Positions 13,461 through 22,060 of a DNA stretch of 44,030 nt are shown here, one piece after another. A program made the position numbers and the translations under genes. Within the stretch, counting starts at the first letter, position 1, and each line of letters starts with the position of its first letter. The stretch comes from a virus. Taxonomy: Duplodnaviria; Caudoviricetes. The stretch lies in the IMG/VR virus record IMGVR_UViG_3300048579_000395, positions 1 to 44,030 of that record, one strand, 5' to 3'. The notes under the pieces were generated by a model. It ran no database searches, was not told the DNA's origin, and worked only from the letters and a program-made list of their open reading frames with translations.

Positions 13461-16284
13461 ACTTCTCGACGCGGCGCTCGCCTATGCGGCACGCGGATGG
13501 CCGGTGTTTCCGTGCAATCCGAAGAACAAGCGCCCGCTTGTCGTCGGAGATCGCGACGGCCACGGCGAGCCGATCCCCAACACCGGCGGCGTCAAAAAAG
13601 CGTCGACGGACCCGGATACGATCCGGGAGTGGTGGACGAAATGGCCGAAAGCCATGATCGCCGTCGCGGTCGGGGTGCCGGTCGGTGCCTTCGTGGTCGA
13701 TTACGACGTCTGTACCGACGAGGAGACCGGCGAGGTCTTCACCATCGAGCGCCTGGTCGACGACGTCGCGCGCGAGATCGGCGAGCGGCTCGCCGACGAC
13801 ACCGTGACCATGCTCTCGCCCCGCGGCGGCCGGCATTCCTGGTACGCCCCGCCGGCGGGCGAGTATCCCAAGAACAGTGTTGGCGGCAATGCCGGCATCG
13901 TCGAGCATGTCGATATCCGCTCGACCGGTGGCTATGTGATCGTGCCGCCGTCTATGCGCGCCGATGGCCGGCGCTACCAGTGGGCACGGGCGCCTTTCGA
14001 GACGCTGATCGCCCCCGCGCCCGCGGCGTTGATGGACAGGCTCCTGCATCGCGGCAAGTGGCAAAAGGAAACAAGACTTGCGGCGCCGCAGGCGCCGCTC
14101 CGCTCGTCTTCCCCCCGCGCCGCGGGCGCCGGCGGTGCGGTTGAGGAGGCGGTGCGGAAATACGCGCTCGCGGCCCTCGACGACGAGTTGCGGATCGTCG
14201 CCGGCGCCGTACAGGGGACGCGCAACACCACCCTTAACACCTCGGCCTTGAAGCTCGGCCACCTCGTCGGCGCCGGCGCCCTGTCGGAAGGCGCGGTCAA
14301 GGCGGCGTTGATCGGCGTTGCCGAGGCGTGGCCCAATCTGCCGAAGTCCATCAAGACGATCGAATCCGGCCTCGCCAAGGGCCGGATCGAGCCGGCGAAC
14401 CTCGCCCATGTGCGCGAGGGTGCGGCCGAACGGGCATCGCGTCGCTCTTATTATGGGTCTCTGCCGCCGCCCCCCGCCCCCCCGGTGGTGGGGGGTCCCC
14501 GCGCGCCGATCGGCGGCGGCGGCGAGGCCTTCAATTCATCGCCGCCGCCAGACTTCGGGGCGGAATGGACCGGCGACGACGAGGACGGCGGCGCCGGCGA
14601 CGCCACGGAGGCAGTCGGCGAAAGCGAGCGCGACGAGGTTTCGCCCGCGGTCCTGCAGCGCTGCGCCGAGGAGCCGCAGAATGACACCGGCAACGGCCGC
14701 CGGCTGCTCGCCCATTTCGGCGACGACATGTTGCATGTGCGCGAGGTCGGCTGGTTCGTGTGGAACGGGACCCACTGGCAGAGCGAGGGCGGCGACGAGG
14801 CCGTGCTGCGCTTCGCCCAACGCACCGCCGAGCGCATCGCGCTCGAAGCCGACCACCTCGCCGCGTCGCCGCGCGAGGCCAAGGCGATCCAGGAGGGCGA
14901 GGCGGCGGCCGAGGAATTGACGCGCCTCGAAGCGCGCAAGTCCGAATGGAAGCCGGATGACAAGGCGCGCGCCGCGCAACTGATGCGCGCCAAGGAAATG
15001 GGTGAGGAGGCGCGCTCCGCCGTGATCGGCCGGCGGGTGGCGCGGCGCAAATACGCGATCTCGTCGGGCAACTCCGGCAAGCTCAACGGCATGATCGAAC
15101 AGGCGCTGCCGCACAATACGGTCGGGCCTGAGGCCCTCGACGAGGACGCGCTCAAGTTCAATTGCCGGAACGGCACGCTGGTGTTTTCGCGCCGGCGCGA
15201 TCCGGAGTGTTCGGACGTCTCGGGACATGTGGAATTGAAGCCGCATACGCGCTCCGATCTGATTTCGAAGCTCGCCCCGGTGGACTACGACCCGACGGCG
15301 AAGTGTCCGCGCTTCATGACCTTCATCGAGCGCTTTCAGCCGAGCGAGGAAATGCGGCTCTTCCTGCAGGTGTGGCTCGGCTACTGCATGACCGGCCTCA
15401 CCGGCGAGCAATCCCTCGTGTTCTTTCACGGCCTCGGCGCCAACGGCAAATCGACGCTGATCGAGGCAATCTGCCGCCTCCTCGGCAACTACGCCTTGAC
15501 GCTGTCGTTCGAAAGCCTCGCCGGTGAGACGGGGCGGCGCGGAGACCAGGCGACGCCGGACCTCGCTCGCCTGCCCGGCGCCCGCCTGGTGCGCGCCAGC
15601 GAGCCGGAGCGGGGCGTGCAGTTCAAGGAAGCGCTGCTGAAATCGCTCACCGGCGGCGAGCCCATGCTCGCCCGGCACCTGCATGCCCGGTTCTTCGAAT
15701 TCCGGCCGATCTTCAAGCTCGTCTTGAGCGGCAACCACAAGCCGGAGATCGGCGGCGTCGATCACGGCATCTGGCGACGCATGCGCCTGGTGCCGTGGAA
15801 CGTGACGCTTTCGAATGAGGAAATGCGCCCGCAGGAGGAGGTCCTCGGCGAGTTCAAAGAGGAGGGCGCCGGCATCCTCAATTGGCTCGTCGCCGGCGTC
15901 CTCCACTATCTCGAGCAAGGCCTCAAGGTGCCGCAAGAGATCGTCGACGCAACGGCAGAGTATCGCGAGGACATGGACCCGATCGGCGGTTTCGCCCGCG
16001 ATTGCGTCGAGCGTGTGCCCTATGTCGAGGGGCAGGAAGGCAAGCGCGCCACCGTGACGGCGCGCGAAATGTACGAGGCCTTTGTGGCGTGGTGCGAGGC
16101 CAACGCGGTGCGGCCGTGGAAGGAAAAGAGCTTTGGGCTGGCGATGCCGCAGAAAGGTTTCGCCAAAACCAATGACCGCGTGCGGCTCTATCTCGATGTG
16201 CGGCTCCATGACGTACCGAAACGCGAACGCCGCGGTGGCGACGACGTGCCGCCGCCGCCCGATGACCGGGAGTTTCCCGGATGA
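13450..16284 (+). CDS. Bifunctional Prim-Pol fused to a P4/D5-family SF3 helicase
   Basis: GWPVFPC, VVDYD, SPRGGRH, DIRSTGGYVIVPPS; Walker A GLGANGKST; KSLTGGE; GNHKP; C-terminal winged helix. Confidence 0.95.
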   Translation: MANELLDAALAYAARGWPVFPCNPKNKRPLVVGDRDGHGEPIPNTGGVKKASTDPDTIREWWTKWPKAMIAVAVGVPVGAFVVDYDVCTDEETGEVFTIERLVDDVAREIGERLADDTVTMLSPRGGRHSWYAPPAGEYPKNSVGGNAGIVEHVDIRSTGGYVIVPPSMRADGRRYQWARAPFETLIAPAPAALMDRLLHRGKWQKETRLAAPQAPLRSSSPRAAGAGGAVEEAVRKYALAALDDELRIVAGAVQGTRNTTLNTSALKLGHLVGAGALSEGAVKAALIGVAEAWPNLPKSIKTIESGLAKGRIEPANLAHVREGAAERASRRSYYGSLPPPPAPPVVGGPRAPIGGGGEAFNSSPPPDFGAEWTGDDEDGGAGDATEAVGESERDEVSPAVLQRCAEEPQNDTGNGRRLLAHFGDDMLHVREVGWFVWNGTHWQSEGGDEAVLRFAQRTAERIALEADHLAASPREAKAIQEGEAAAEELTRLEARKSEWKPDDKARAAQLMRAKEMGEEARSAVIGRRVARRKYAISSGNSGKLNGMIEQALPHNTVGPEALDEDALKFNCRNGTLVFSRRRDPECSDVSGHVELKPHTRSDLISKLAPVDYDPTAKCPRFMTFIERFQPSEEMRLFLQVWLGYCMTGLTGEQSLVFFHGLGANGKSTLIEAICRLLGNYALTLSFESLAGETGRRGDQATPDLARLPGARLVRASEPERGVQFKEALLKSLTGGEPMLARHLHARFFEFRPIFKLVLSGNHKPEIGGVDHGIWRRMRLVPWNVTLSNEEMRPQEEVLGEFKEEGAGILNWLVAGVLHYLEQGLKVPQEIVDATAEYREDMDPIGGFARDCVERVPYVEGQEGKRATVTAREMYEAFVAWCEANAVRPWKEKSFGLAMPQKGFAKTNDRVRLYLDVRLHDVPKRERRGGDDVPPPPDDREFPG

Positions 16285-16571
16285 CCGGCGGAAACCAGAC
16301 GCGTGACGGGGATCTGACGCGCACCGTCGTGTGCGACCGCGGCGCCGACATGGCGGCGCTCGACAGCCTGGGGCCGCGCACGCGGGCCGCCCTCAAGGCA
16401 TCCCGGTTCAACTGGTCGGCCGCCGCGCTCGTCGCGCTGTTGCGCCGCTGCGGCGCCGATCCGACCTCGCCGACTGGGGATCGGGTCGGCGAGAACATCG
16501 TCATTGCGGAGGACGCGCGCGCCGCGTGGCGCGCGCGTGTGGCTTATGGGCCACCGAGGGTGCGAGGGTAG
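16281..16571 (+). CDS. Hypothetical protein
   Basis: ATGA overlap with primase stop. Confidence 0.5.
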   Translation: MTGGNQTRDGDLTRTVVCDRGADMAALDSLGPRTRAALKASRFNWSAAALVALLRRCGADPTSPTGDRVGENIVIAEDARAAWRARVAYGPPRVRG

Positions 16572-16843
16572 CGCGAGGGTCGCTTATAACCCTCGCAAAC
16601 CGAATAGTCGTGTTGCGTGCGTGCGTTAAGCGTCGGCTTGCGAGGGTGCGAGGGTTGTTCGCGCGTACGCGTAAGGTGTTTGGGGTGCGGGGTGGGCTGG
16701 CCGGTTCTTCTCTCTGAAAAATTCTAAATATCTTCTCTACAACCCTCGCACCCTCGCAAGAGAGAAGGGAAGTAGAGGAGAGATAAAGAGAAAAGCCGGT
16801 TGCGATGGTTGCGATTGACCCTCGCGCGACCCTCGCACCCTCG
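16555..16843. repeat. Iteron array, probable replication origin
   Basis: 11 copies of CGAGGGT/ACCCTCG, mostly converging on the AT-rich stretch 16715-16740; directly downstream of primase. Confidence 0.8.
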
Positions 16844-16883
16844 CAAGCCTAAAGAGATCAACAATTCGGGCACGGGGCCTCTC

Positions 16884-17630
16884 ATGGACACGAAAAGACG
16901 GATCGACGTGGAATTGTTCCTGCAATGGGCATTCCCGGAACTGCTGAAAAAGGATGTCAGTGCGGGGGCCTCGTCGTGGCAATTGACGGAACGGATCGGA
17001 GGGCGCGACGACGGCTATGGGTCGGGCATGCCGGTCGGGGCCGGGGCGCCGCATCCGGATGCGCTCGTGGTCGATCAAGCCTTGCGAATGTTGCCGGAGT
17101 TCTTTCCGATCGATTGGGGCTATTACCGCGAGGCGATCCTCGCCGACCTGTGGAATTATCAGGCCGCGCGGGTCTACACCTCCTCGTTCACTTTCAACAT
17201 GCGCGCCAGCGTCATGACCCACGCCAAGATGAAGGCGCGGCCTGAGTGGTGGTGTCCGCCGGTGAAACGTCACAAGCGGATCGGCCTCAACGGAAAGCCG
17301 ATCGTGTTCGGGCACCGCGGCCATGGAAAGTACGACGAGGGTGCCCATTGCCCGTTCGATCTCGTGCCGTCGATCGACGAGGTCGCGCTCGCGCGGGCCG
17401 AATACATGGTGTGGCGCACCGGCCTCGATCTGGTGCACGAATCACTTAAAGGCTGGTCATTGCGCGACCATGTGGTGGTGGCGGCGGTCGCGCCCGTCGA
17501 GCCGTGGCTCGTCGACGAGGAGCCGGCGCCGGCGCGGGTGCTGCCAAGTCTGGAATGCTCTCAACGTGTTTCAGGAGACGACGTCAAGGCGACGTCAAGG
17601 CGCGCGCGCCGTGTCAGGGTCGCGGCTTGA
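16884..17630 (+). CDS. Hypothetical protein at the late-regulator position
   Basis: Last early gene, followed by TTGACA motifs and a terminator. Confidence 0.75.
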   Translation: MDTKRRIDVELFLQWAFPELLKKDVSAGASSWQLTERIGGRDDGYGSGMPVGAGAPHPDALVVDQALRMLPEFFPIDWGYYREAILADLWNYQAARVYTSSFTFNMRASVMTHAKMKARPEWWCPPVKRHKRIGLNGKPIVFGHRGHGKYDEGAHCPFDLVPSIDEVALARAEYMVWRTGLDLVHESLKGWSLRDHVVVAAVAPVEPWLVDEEPAPARVLPSLECSQRVSGDDVKATSRRARRVRVAA

Positions 17631-17682
17631 CATGGGCTAGGAATTTGACAACTCTCCGAACCGTCCCAAAAGGGATCGAAGG

Positions 17683-17711
17683 AAGCCCGGCGCCGATCGC
17701 GCCGGGCTTTC
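17683..17711 (+). terminator. Intrinsic terminator-like hairpin
   Basis: AAGCCCGGCGC-CGATC-GCGCCGGGCTT(TC). Confidence 0.7.
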
Positions 17712-18018
17712 GCGTTCGTGCTCTGCCGCTGGTGTTCGTGAAAGCTGGGATAGCGAGCACCTTCGCCACACGACAATGAAACGGCGTCCGGTGCCGTGGC
17801 GGTCTCAAATCCATTCCGTGCGGTGCGCGTTTAGCAGCGTAGTCGTCCGCGCACCTTGTGAGGGGCGGGCGCCGATGGGTTGCTGCCCTCCCGGCGTCCG
17901 CCTTGCCCTTCGGCCAAGTCAAAGACCGCGTCCCGGAACCGGCCGCGAGCCGGCAGGGCGCGCGGCGGCGCCGGCGGCTAGGCTCCCGTCCGGCGCGTCC
18001 ATTCGAGGTGGGGTTACC

Positions 18019-18216
18019 ATGGGCTGTCACTGCAAAGAGCGCACGCAAGCGATCGTCCGCGGCGCCTCGGCGCTTGCCCGCGGCGATCTGCGCACCGTCT
18101 CGACCTCGGCCGGCTATGTGGCCCGTACGGCGGTCCAGGATGCCCGTACGGGCGCCTTGCGGGCTGCCGCGGCGTCTCAACTCGCCCGGCTCAAGGGCAC
18201 GGTGGGGCGGCGCTGA
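18019..18216 (+). CDS. Small basic hypothetical protein (MGCHCKER...)
   Basis: GAGGTGGGG RBS; TGATG coupling to the next gene. Confidence 0.6.
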   Translation: MGCHCKERTQAIVRGASALARGDLRTVSTSAGYVARTAVQDARTGALRAAAASQLARLKGTVGRR

Positions 18217-18887
18217 TGGCGAGCCGGGCGGCTATCGATCGGGTGGTCGGCGACACCGTGACCGGTGTGAGCCGCCGGCGGCGTACATACGGGCAGGTGG
18301 TTGACCGCGAGGGAAATCAGATCGGCCGTGTCGCTGATCTCAAGCCCGGTGCCGCGGCGTTCGATATCCGCGTCGATACCCGCGAGATTGCCGAGTTGGC
18401 GGACCTGATCGAGGAGGCCGCCAGGCTGGTGCCGGCGGCGGTGGCCCGGGCGCTCAATCGCACCGTGACGGAAACCCGCACCGCCGTGGCGCGTGCGCTC
18501 GTCAAGCAGACGGGCGCCAAGTACGCCGTCGTGCGCAAGGCCTTGAGCACGACACCGGCGAGCGTTGGGCATCTGTCGGCGTCGATCATCGCCCGGGGTG
18601 GGTTCATGCCACTCAGTGCCTTCAAGCCGAAAAAGACGCGCAAGGGCGTGAGTGCCGCCCCGTGGGGGACGCGGCGCGTGTTTCCCGCCTCGTTCATGGT
18701 GAAGAAGTGGGGCGGCAACGTCTATGTCCGGATGGGTAAGCCGCGCTTCCCGATCCACAAGCTCTATGGCCCCGCGATCCCGCGCGAGCTTCCTCGCGAC
18801 CAAAGCGCCGCCACGTTCCACGCGGCCGTGCCCGTCGTCCTGGCCAAGCGCCTCGACCACGAACTCGGCCGCATCCTCACTAAATGA
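18216..18887 (+). CDS. Lambda gpZ-like minor tail/neck protein
   Basis: ARALNRT, PLSAFKP, R.GK.RFPI.KLYGPAIP motifs. Confidence 0.75.
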   Translation: MASRAAIDRVVGDTVTGVSRRRRTYGQVVDREGNQIGRVADLKPGAAAFDIRVDTREIAELADLIEEAARLVPAAVARALNRTVTETRTAVARALVKQTGAKYAVVRKALSTTPASVGHLSASIIARGGFMPLSAFKPKKTRKGVSAAPWGTRRVFPASFMVKKWGGNVYVRMGKPRFPIHKLYGPAIPRELPRDQSAATFHAAVPVVLAKRLDHELGRILTK

Positions 18888-18910
18888 CCGGCCGCCCGCC
18901 CTGAATTCCC

Positions 18911-19023
18911 GGGTCCTTCCCAGCCCCCCACCCCATGCGCCCGCGCGGCGGCCCGGGATATCGGTAGCTGCAGCTTCGTCAAGCTGACTTGACAGCCCTG
19001 ACACAAGCCTCCGGCTTGACAAG
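18911..19023 (+). other. Putative cos region (cosQ/cosN/cosB-like)
   Basis: GGGTCCT at 18911, GC dyad 18940-18957, TTGAC/GTCAA repeats before terS. Confidence 0.55.
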
Positions 19024-19035
19024 GATTTTCGCCCC

Positions 19036-19725
19036 ATGTCGGCGCAGTTCGATTTCGGCGAGGCCGCCGCTCCGGCGCCGCCTCTCGAAACCGTGTGGAT
19101 GACGACGGCCGAGATCGCGCGCCGTAAGGGCGTGAGCCGGCAGGCGGTGCATGAACGCGTGAAAGCGCTCGCCGCCGACGGCCGCCTCGAAGTCCGCGCC
19201 GGCAAGGGTCGCGAAAGACTGGTCAACCTTGTCGCCTACGACAAGGCGATCGGCGCCGTCGGCGATCCGGCCCGCGAAGCGGGGGCGGTGACCAAGGCCG
19301 AGGACGCTCGCGCGCTCGCCGGCGCGCCTGCGCGCGAGGGTGCGGGAGGTCTGCCGCTCGGCGTCGGGGGGGAGGGGGTGGTGTCCCCGGCCGATCCGAC
19401 CTTCCGTGACGCGCGTACGCAAGGCGCCGTCTACGACGCCGAATTGAAGCGCATCGCCATCGAGGAAAAGCTCGGCAAGCTCGTGCCGGTCGATGAGGTA
19501 GCCGCCGCCATGACCAAATGCGCCGAGGCGATCGTGCGGGCGTTCGATCGTCTGCCGGCGCGCGCCGACGAACTCGCCGGCATTGCGACCAAAGAGGGCG
19601 CGGTCGGCGTGCGCGGCGCCCTCAAGGGTGTGTGCCGCGAACTGCGCCAAGTGCTCGCCGACCAAATGAAGCTCCTTGCCGCCGGCACCGATGCCAGTGA
19701 CGAACAACCGGACATGCCGTCATGA
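19036..19725 (+). CDS. terS: Terminase small subunit (Nu1-like)
   Basis: N-terminal HTH (EIARRKGVSRQAV), GKLVPVDEV; precedes terL. Confidence 0.8.
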   Translation: MSAQFDFGEAAAPAPPLETVWMTTAEIARRKGVSRQAVHERVKALAADGRLEVRAGKGRERLVNLVAYDKAIGAVGDPAREAGAVTKAEDARALAGAPAREGAGGLPLGVGGEGVVSPADPTFRDARTQGAVYDAELKRIAIEEKLGKLVPVDEVAAAMTKCAEAIVRAFDRLPARADELAGIATKEGAVGVRGALKGVCRELRQVLADQMKLLAAGTDASDEQPDMPS

Positions 19726-21842
19726 TGGCGTTCAAGGCATCGGCTATCGCGATCGTCGCCGGCGCCCTGGCGGGCGTGTTCACGCCTCCCGACGCAATCA
19801 CGCCGTCGGCGTGGGCGGCCAAGAACCTGATTGTGCCCGATGGGCCGCGGGCGAACGAAAAGTGGGACCCGGAGCTTACGCCCTACGTCGTCGAGCCGCT
19901 CGATAAGCTCGGCCCGGACGATCCCGCCAACAAGGTGGTCGTCGTCAAGTGTGCGCAATCCGGCTTCACGACGCTGGGCATCGCCTTTATCGGGCACGCG
20001 ATCGACTGCGACCCGAACGGCGGCATGATGGTGGTGCAGCCGACCGATTCCGCGTTGACCGAATTCAACCGGGACAAGCTCGGCCCCGCGATCGAGAACA
20101 CCCCGGCGCTCAAGAAAAAGGTTCTGCCGCAGAAATCCCGCGCCGGCGAAGGCTCGACCGCCTATTCGAAGCGGTACGCCGGCGGATCGTTGACGATGGC
20201 GATTGCCTCGTCGACGGCGGACCTCCGCTCCAAGACCAAAAAGAAAATCTTCAAAGACGAGGCGAGCGAGTACCCGGCCGACCTCGACAATCAGGGTTCT
20301 CCGCACTCGATGATCGAGGCGCGATATGAATCCTTCCTCGCGTCCGGTGACTGGAAAGAACTCGACGTCTCGACGCCCACGATCAAGGGCGCCTGCTACA
20401 TTTCCGAGGAGTATGAGCGCGGCGATCAACGGCGCTGGCATGTCGTCTGCCCGGGCTGCGCATCAAAGCAGGTATTCAAGTTCTTCGGCGGACATTTCCA
20501 GTTCAACGAGACGTATCCGTACCAAGCTCATTACGTCATGCCGTGCTGCGGCTCGGTCGTCGAGGCGCACGAAAAATTCGCGCTGGTGCGCAATGCCGTG
20601 CGCGACGGCGGCGGATGGATCGCGACGGCGTCGGCGCCGGGCAAGTTCGCGTCGTATCATTTCGACGCGCTGTCATCGCCATTCGTGCCGTGGGACAAGA
20701 TCGCACAACGCTGGATCGAGGCGCAGAGCGACCCGGCCAAGCTGAAAGCGTTCTACAATCTCACGCTCGGCCAGCCCTACGACATGAAGGGCGACGCGCC
20801 CGATCATGTCCGGCTGATGGAACGCCGCGAGGCTGACCTTAAGCGTGGACATATTCCGCCGCGCGGATTGATGCTGGTCGGCGCCGCCGACGTGCAATTG
20901 CGCGGCATCTATTGGCAGGTAGTCGCCTATGCGCCGAACCGCGAGGCGTGGGTCGTCGACGCCGGCCTGATCGCCGGCGACACGACGGATGCCTATGGCG
21001 GCGCCTTCGCCGAGCTGGCGACGGTCTACAATCGCGAATATCACGATGCGTTCGGCGGTCGCCGGCGTGTCGACGGTTTTGCGGTCGATTCCGGCTTTCG
21101 CTCGCATGTGGTCTACGAATGGTGCCGCACGCGCCACCTGGCCTATGCGGTCAAGGGTGAGGACGGCTGGTCGCGGCCGGCGCTCGGCACGCCTAAGCTC
21201 GTCGATATCGACCTCGGCGGAAAGAAAATCTCGCAGGGCACGCGCCTGTGGGGCGTCGGCACATGGTCGCTCAAAGGGCATTTCTACGAGGATCTTCGCC
21301 GCGAGGGCCGCGCCGCCGGCCGCGAGGTCGATCCGGCCGGCTATTGGCATTTCGCCACGTGGCTCGATGACGTCTATTTTCGCCAGATCACGGCCGAGGC
21401 GCTCGTCGAAAAGCGCGTGCGTGGTCGTGTCACGAAGGCGTGGGAGCCACGCGGCAAAGAGGACAACCATTTTCTCGATTGTGCGATCTACTGCATGGCG
21501 CTCGCCGACCACCTCGGCTTGACGCGTATGACAGAGGACGAGTGGCGCGTGCTCGCCCGCGAGCGCGCCGGCTCGATCGAACAAGGCGACCTGTTCTCTC
21601 CGCGGCCCCTCGCGGTGCAAATCCAATCGGAGCCGCGCGGCGTCCCGGCGGTCGCGGAAGTGGCTCCGATGTCTCCGGCTGGTGCTGCGCGCCATGACGC
21701 TGCCCCGGAGACTGCGGCGGCGCCGGCGGGTTCGGGGGCTTCCCCGCCGGCGTCGCCGCTCGATCACTCGTCACCGAATGAAGGTGAAGAGGATGCACGG
21801 TCCGCGTGGGTTACTCCGCGGCCCGACTGGCTGCAACGGTAG
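19722..21842 (+). CDS. terL: Terminase large subunit, lambda gpA family
   Basis: TPY, KCAQSGFT, IFKDE, STPT, CPGC/CCG, ADVQ, VDSG, NHFLDC. Confidence 0.95.
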   Translation: MMAFKASAIAIVAGALAGVFTPPDAITPSAWAAKNLIVPDGPRANEKWDPELTPYVVEPLDKLGPDDPANKVVVVKCAQSGFTTLGIAFIGHAIDCDPNGGMMVVQPTDSALTEFNRDKLGPAIENTPALKKKVLPQKSRAGEGSTAYSKRYAGGSLTMAIASSTADLRSKTKKKIFKDEASEYPADLDNQGSPHSMIEARYESFLASGDWKELDVSTPTIKGACYISEEYERGDQRRWHVVCPGCASKQVFKFFGGHFQFNETYPYQAHYVMPCCGSVVEAHEKFALVRNAVRDGGGWIATASAPGKFASYHFDALSSPFVPWDKIAQRWIEAQSDPAKLKAFYNLTLGQPYDMKGDAPDHVRLMERREADLKRGHIPPRGLMLVGAADVQLRGIYWQVVAYAPNREAWVVDAGLIAGDTTDAYGGAFAELATVYNREYHDAFGGRRRVDGFAVDSGFRSHVVYEWCRTRHLAYAVKGEDGWSRPALGTPKLVDIDLGGKKISQGTRLWGVGTWSLKGHFYEDLRREGRAAGREVDPAGYWHFATWLDDVYFRQITAEALVEKRVRGRVTKAWEPRGKEDNHFLDCAIYCMALADHLGLTRMTEDEWRVLARERAGSIEQGDLFSPRPLAVQIQSEPRGVPAVAEVAPMSPAGAARHDAAPETAAAPAGSGASPPASPLDHSSPNEGEEDARSAWVTPRPDWLQR

Positions 21843-21853
21843 GGTGCTCCGCG

Positions 21854-22060
21854 ATGGCTTGGACGCAACGTAACGTCGATACGCTCAAGGCGGCGATTGC
21901 GACGGGTGCGCTCGAAGTGACCTTCGGTGCCGGCCCGGATCAGCGCACGGTCAAGTATCGCTCGCTCACCGACATGCGGGCGACACTCGACATGGTGTCG
22001 GCCGAGGCGGCGGGCGCGGCGCCCGATCGCGTGTCGTACATCGCGCATTCGCGCGAGTGA
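21854..22060 (+). CDS. gpW-like head-tail joining protein
   Basis: LKAAIATG...RTVKYRSL.DM between terL and portal. Confidence 0.85.
   Translation: MAWTQRNVDTLKAAIATGALEVTFGAGPDQRTVKYRSLTDMRATLDMVSAEAAGAAPDRVSYIAHSRE

Noticed and set aside
16555-16843. CRISPR or mini-array interpretation of the repeats
   Set aside because: Units are 7-8 bp, in both orientations and irregularly spaced, with no cas genes; iterons fit better.
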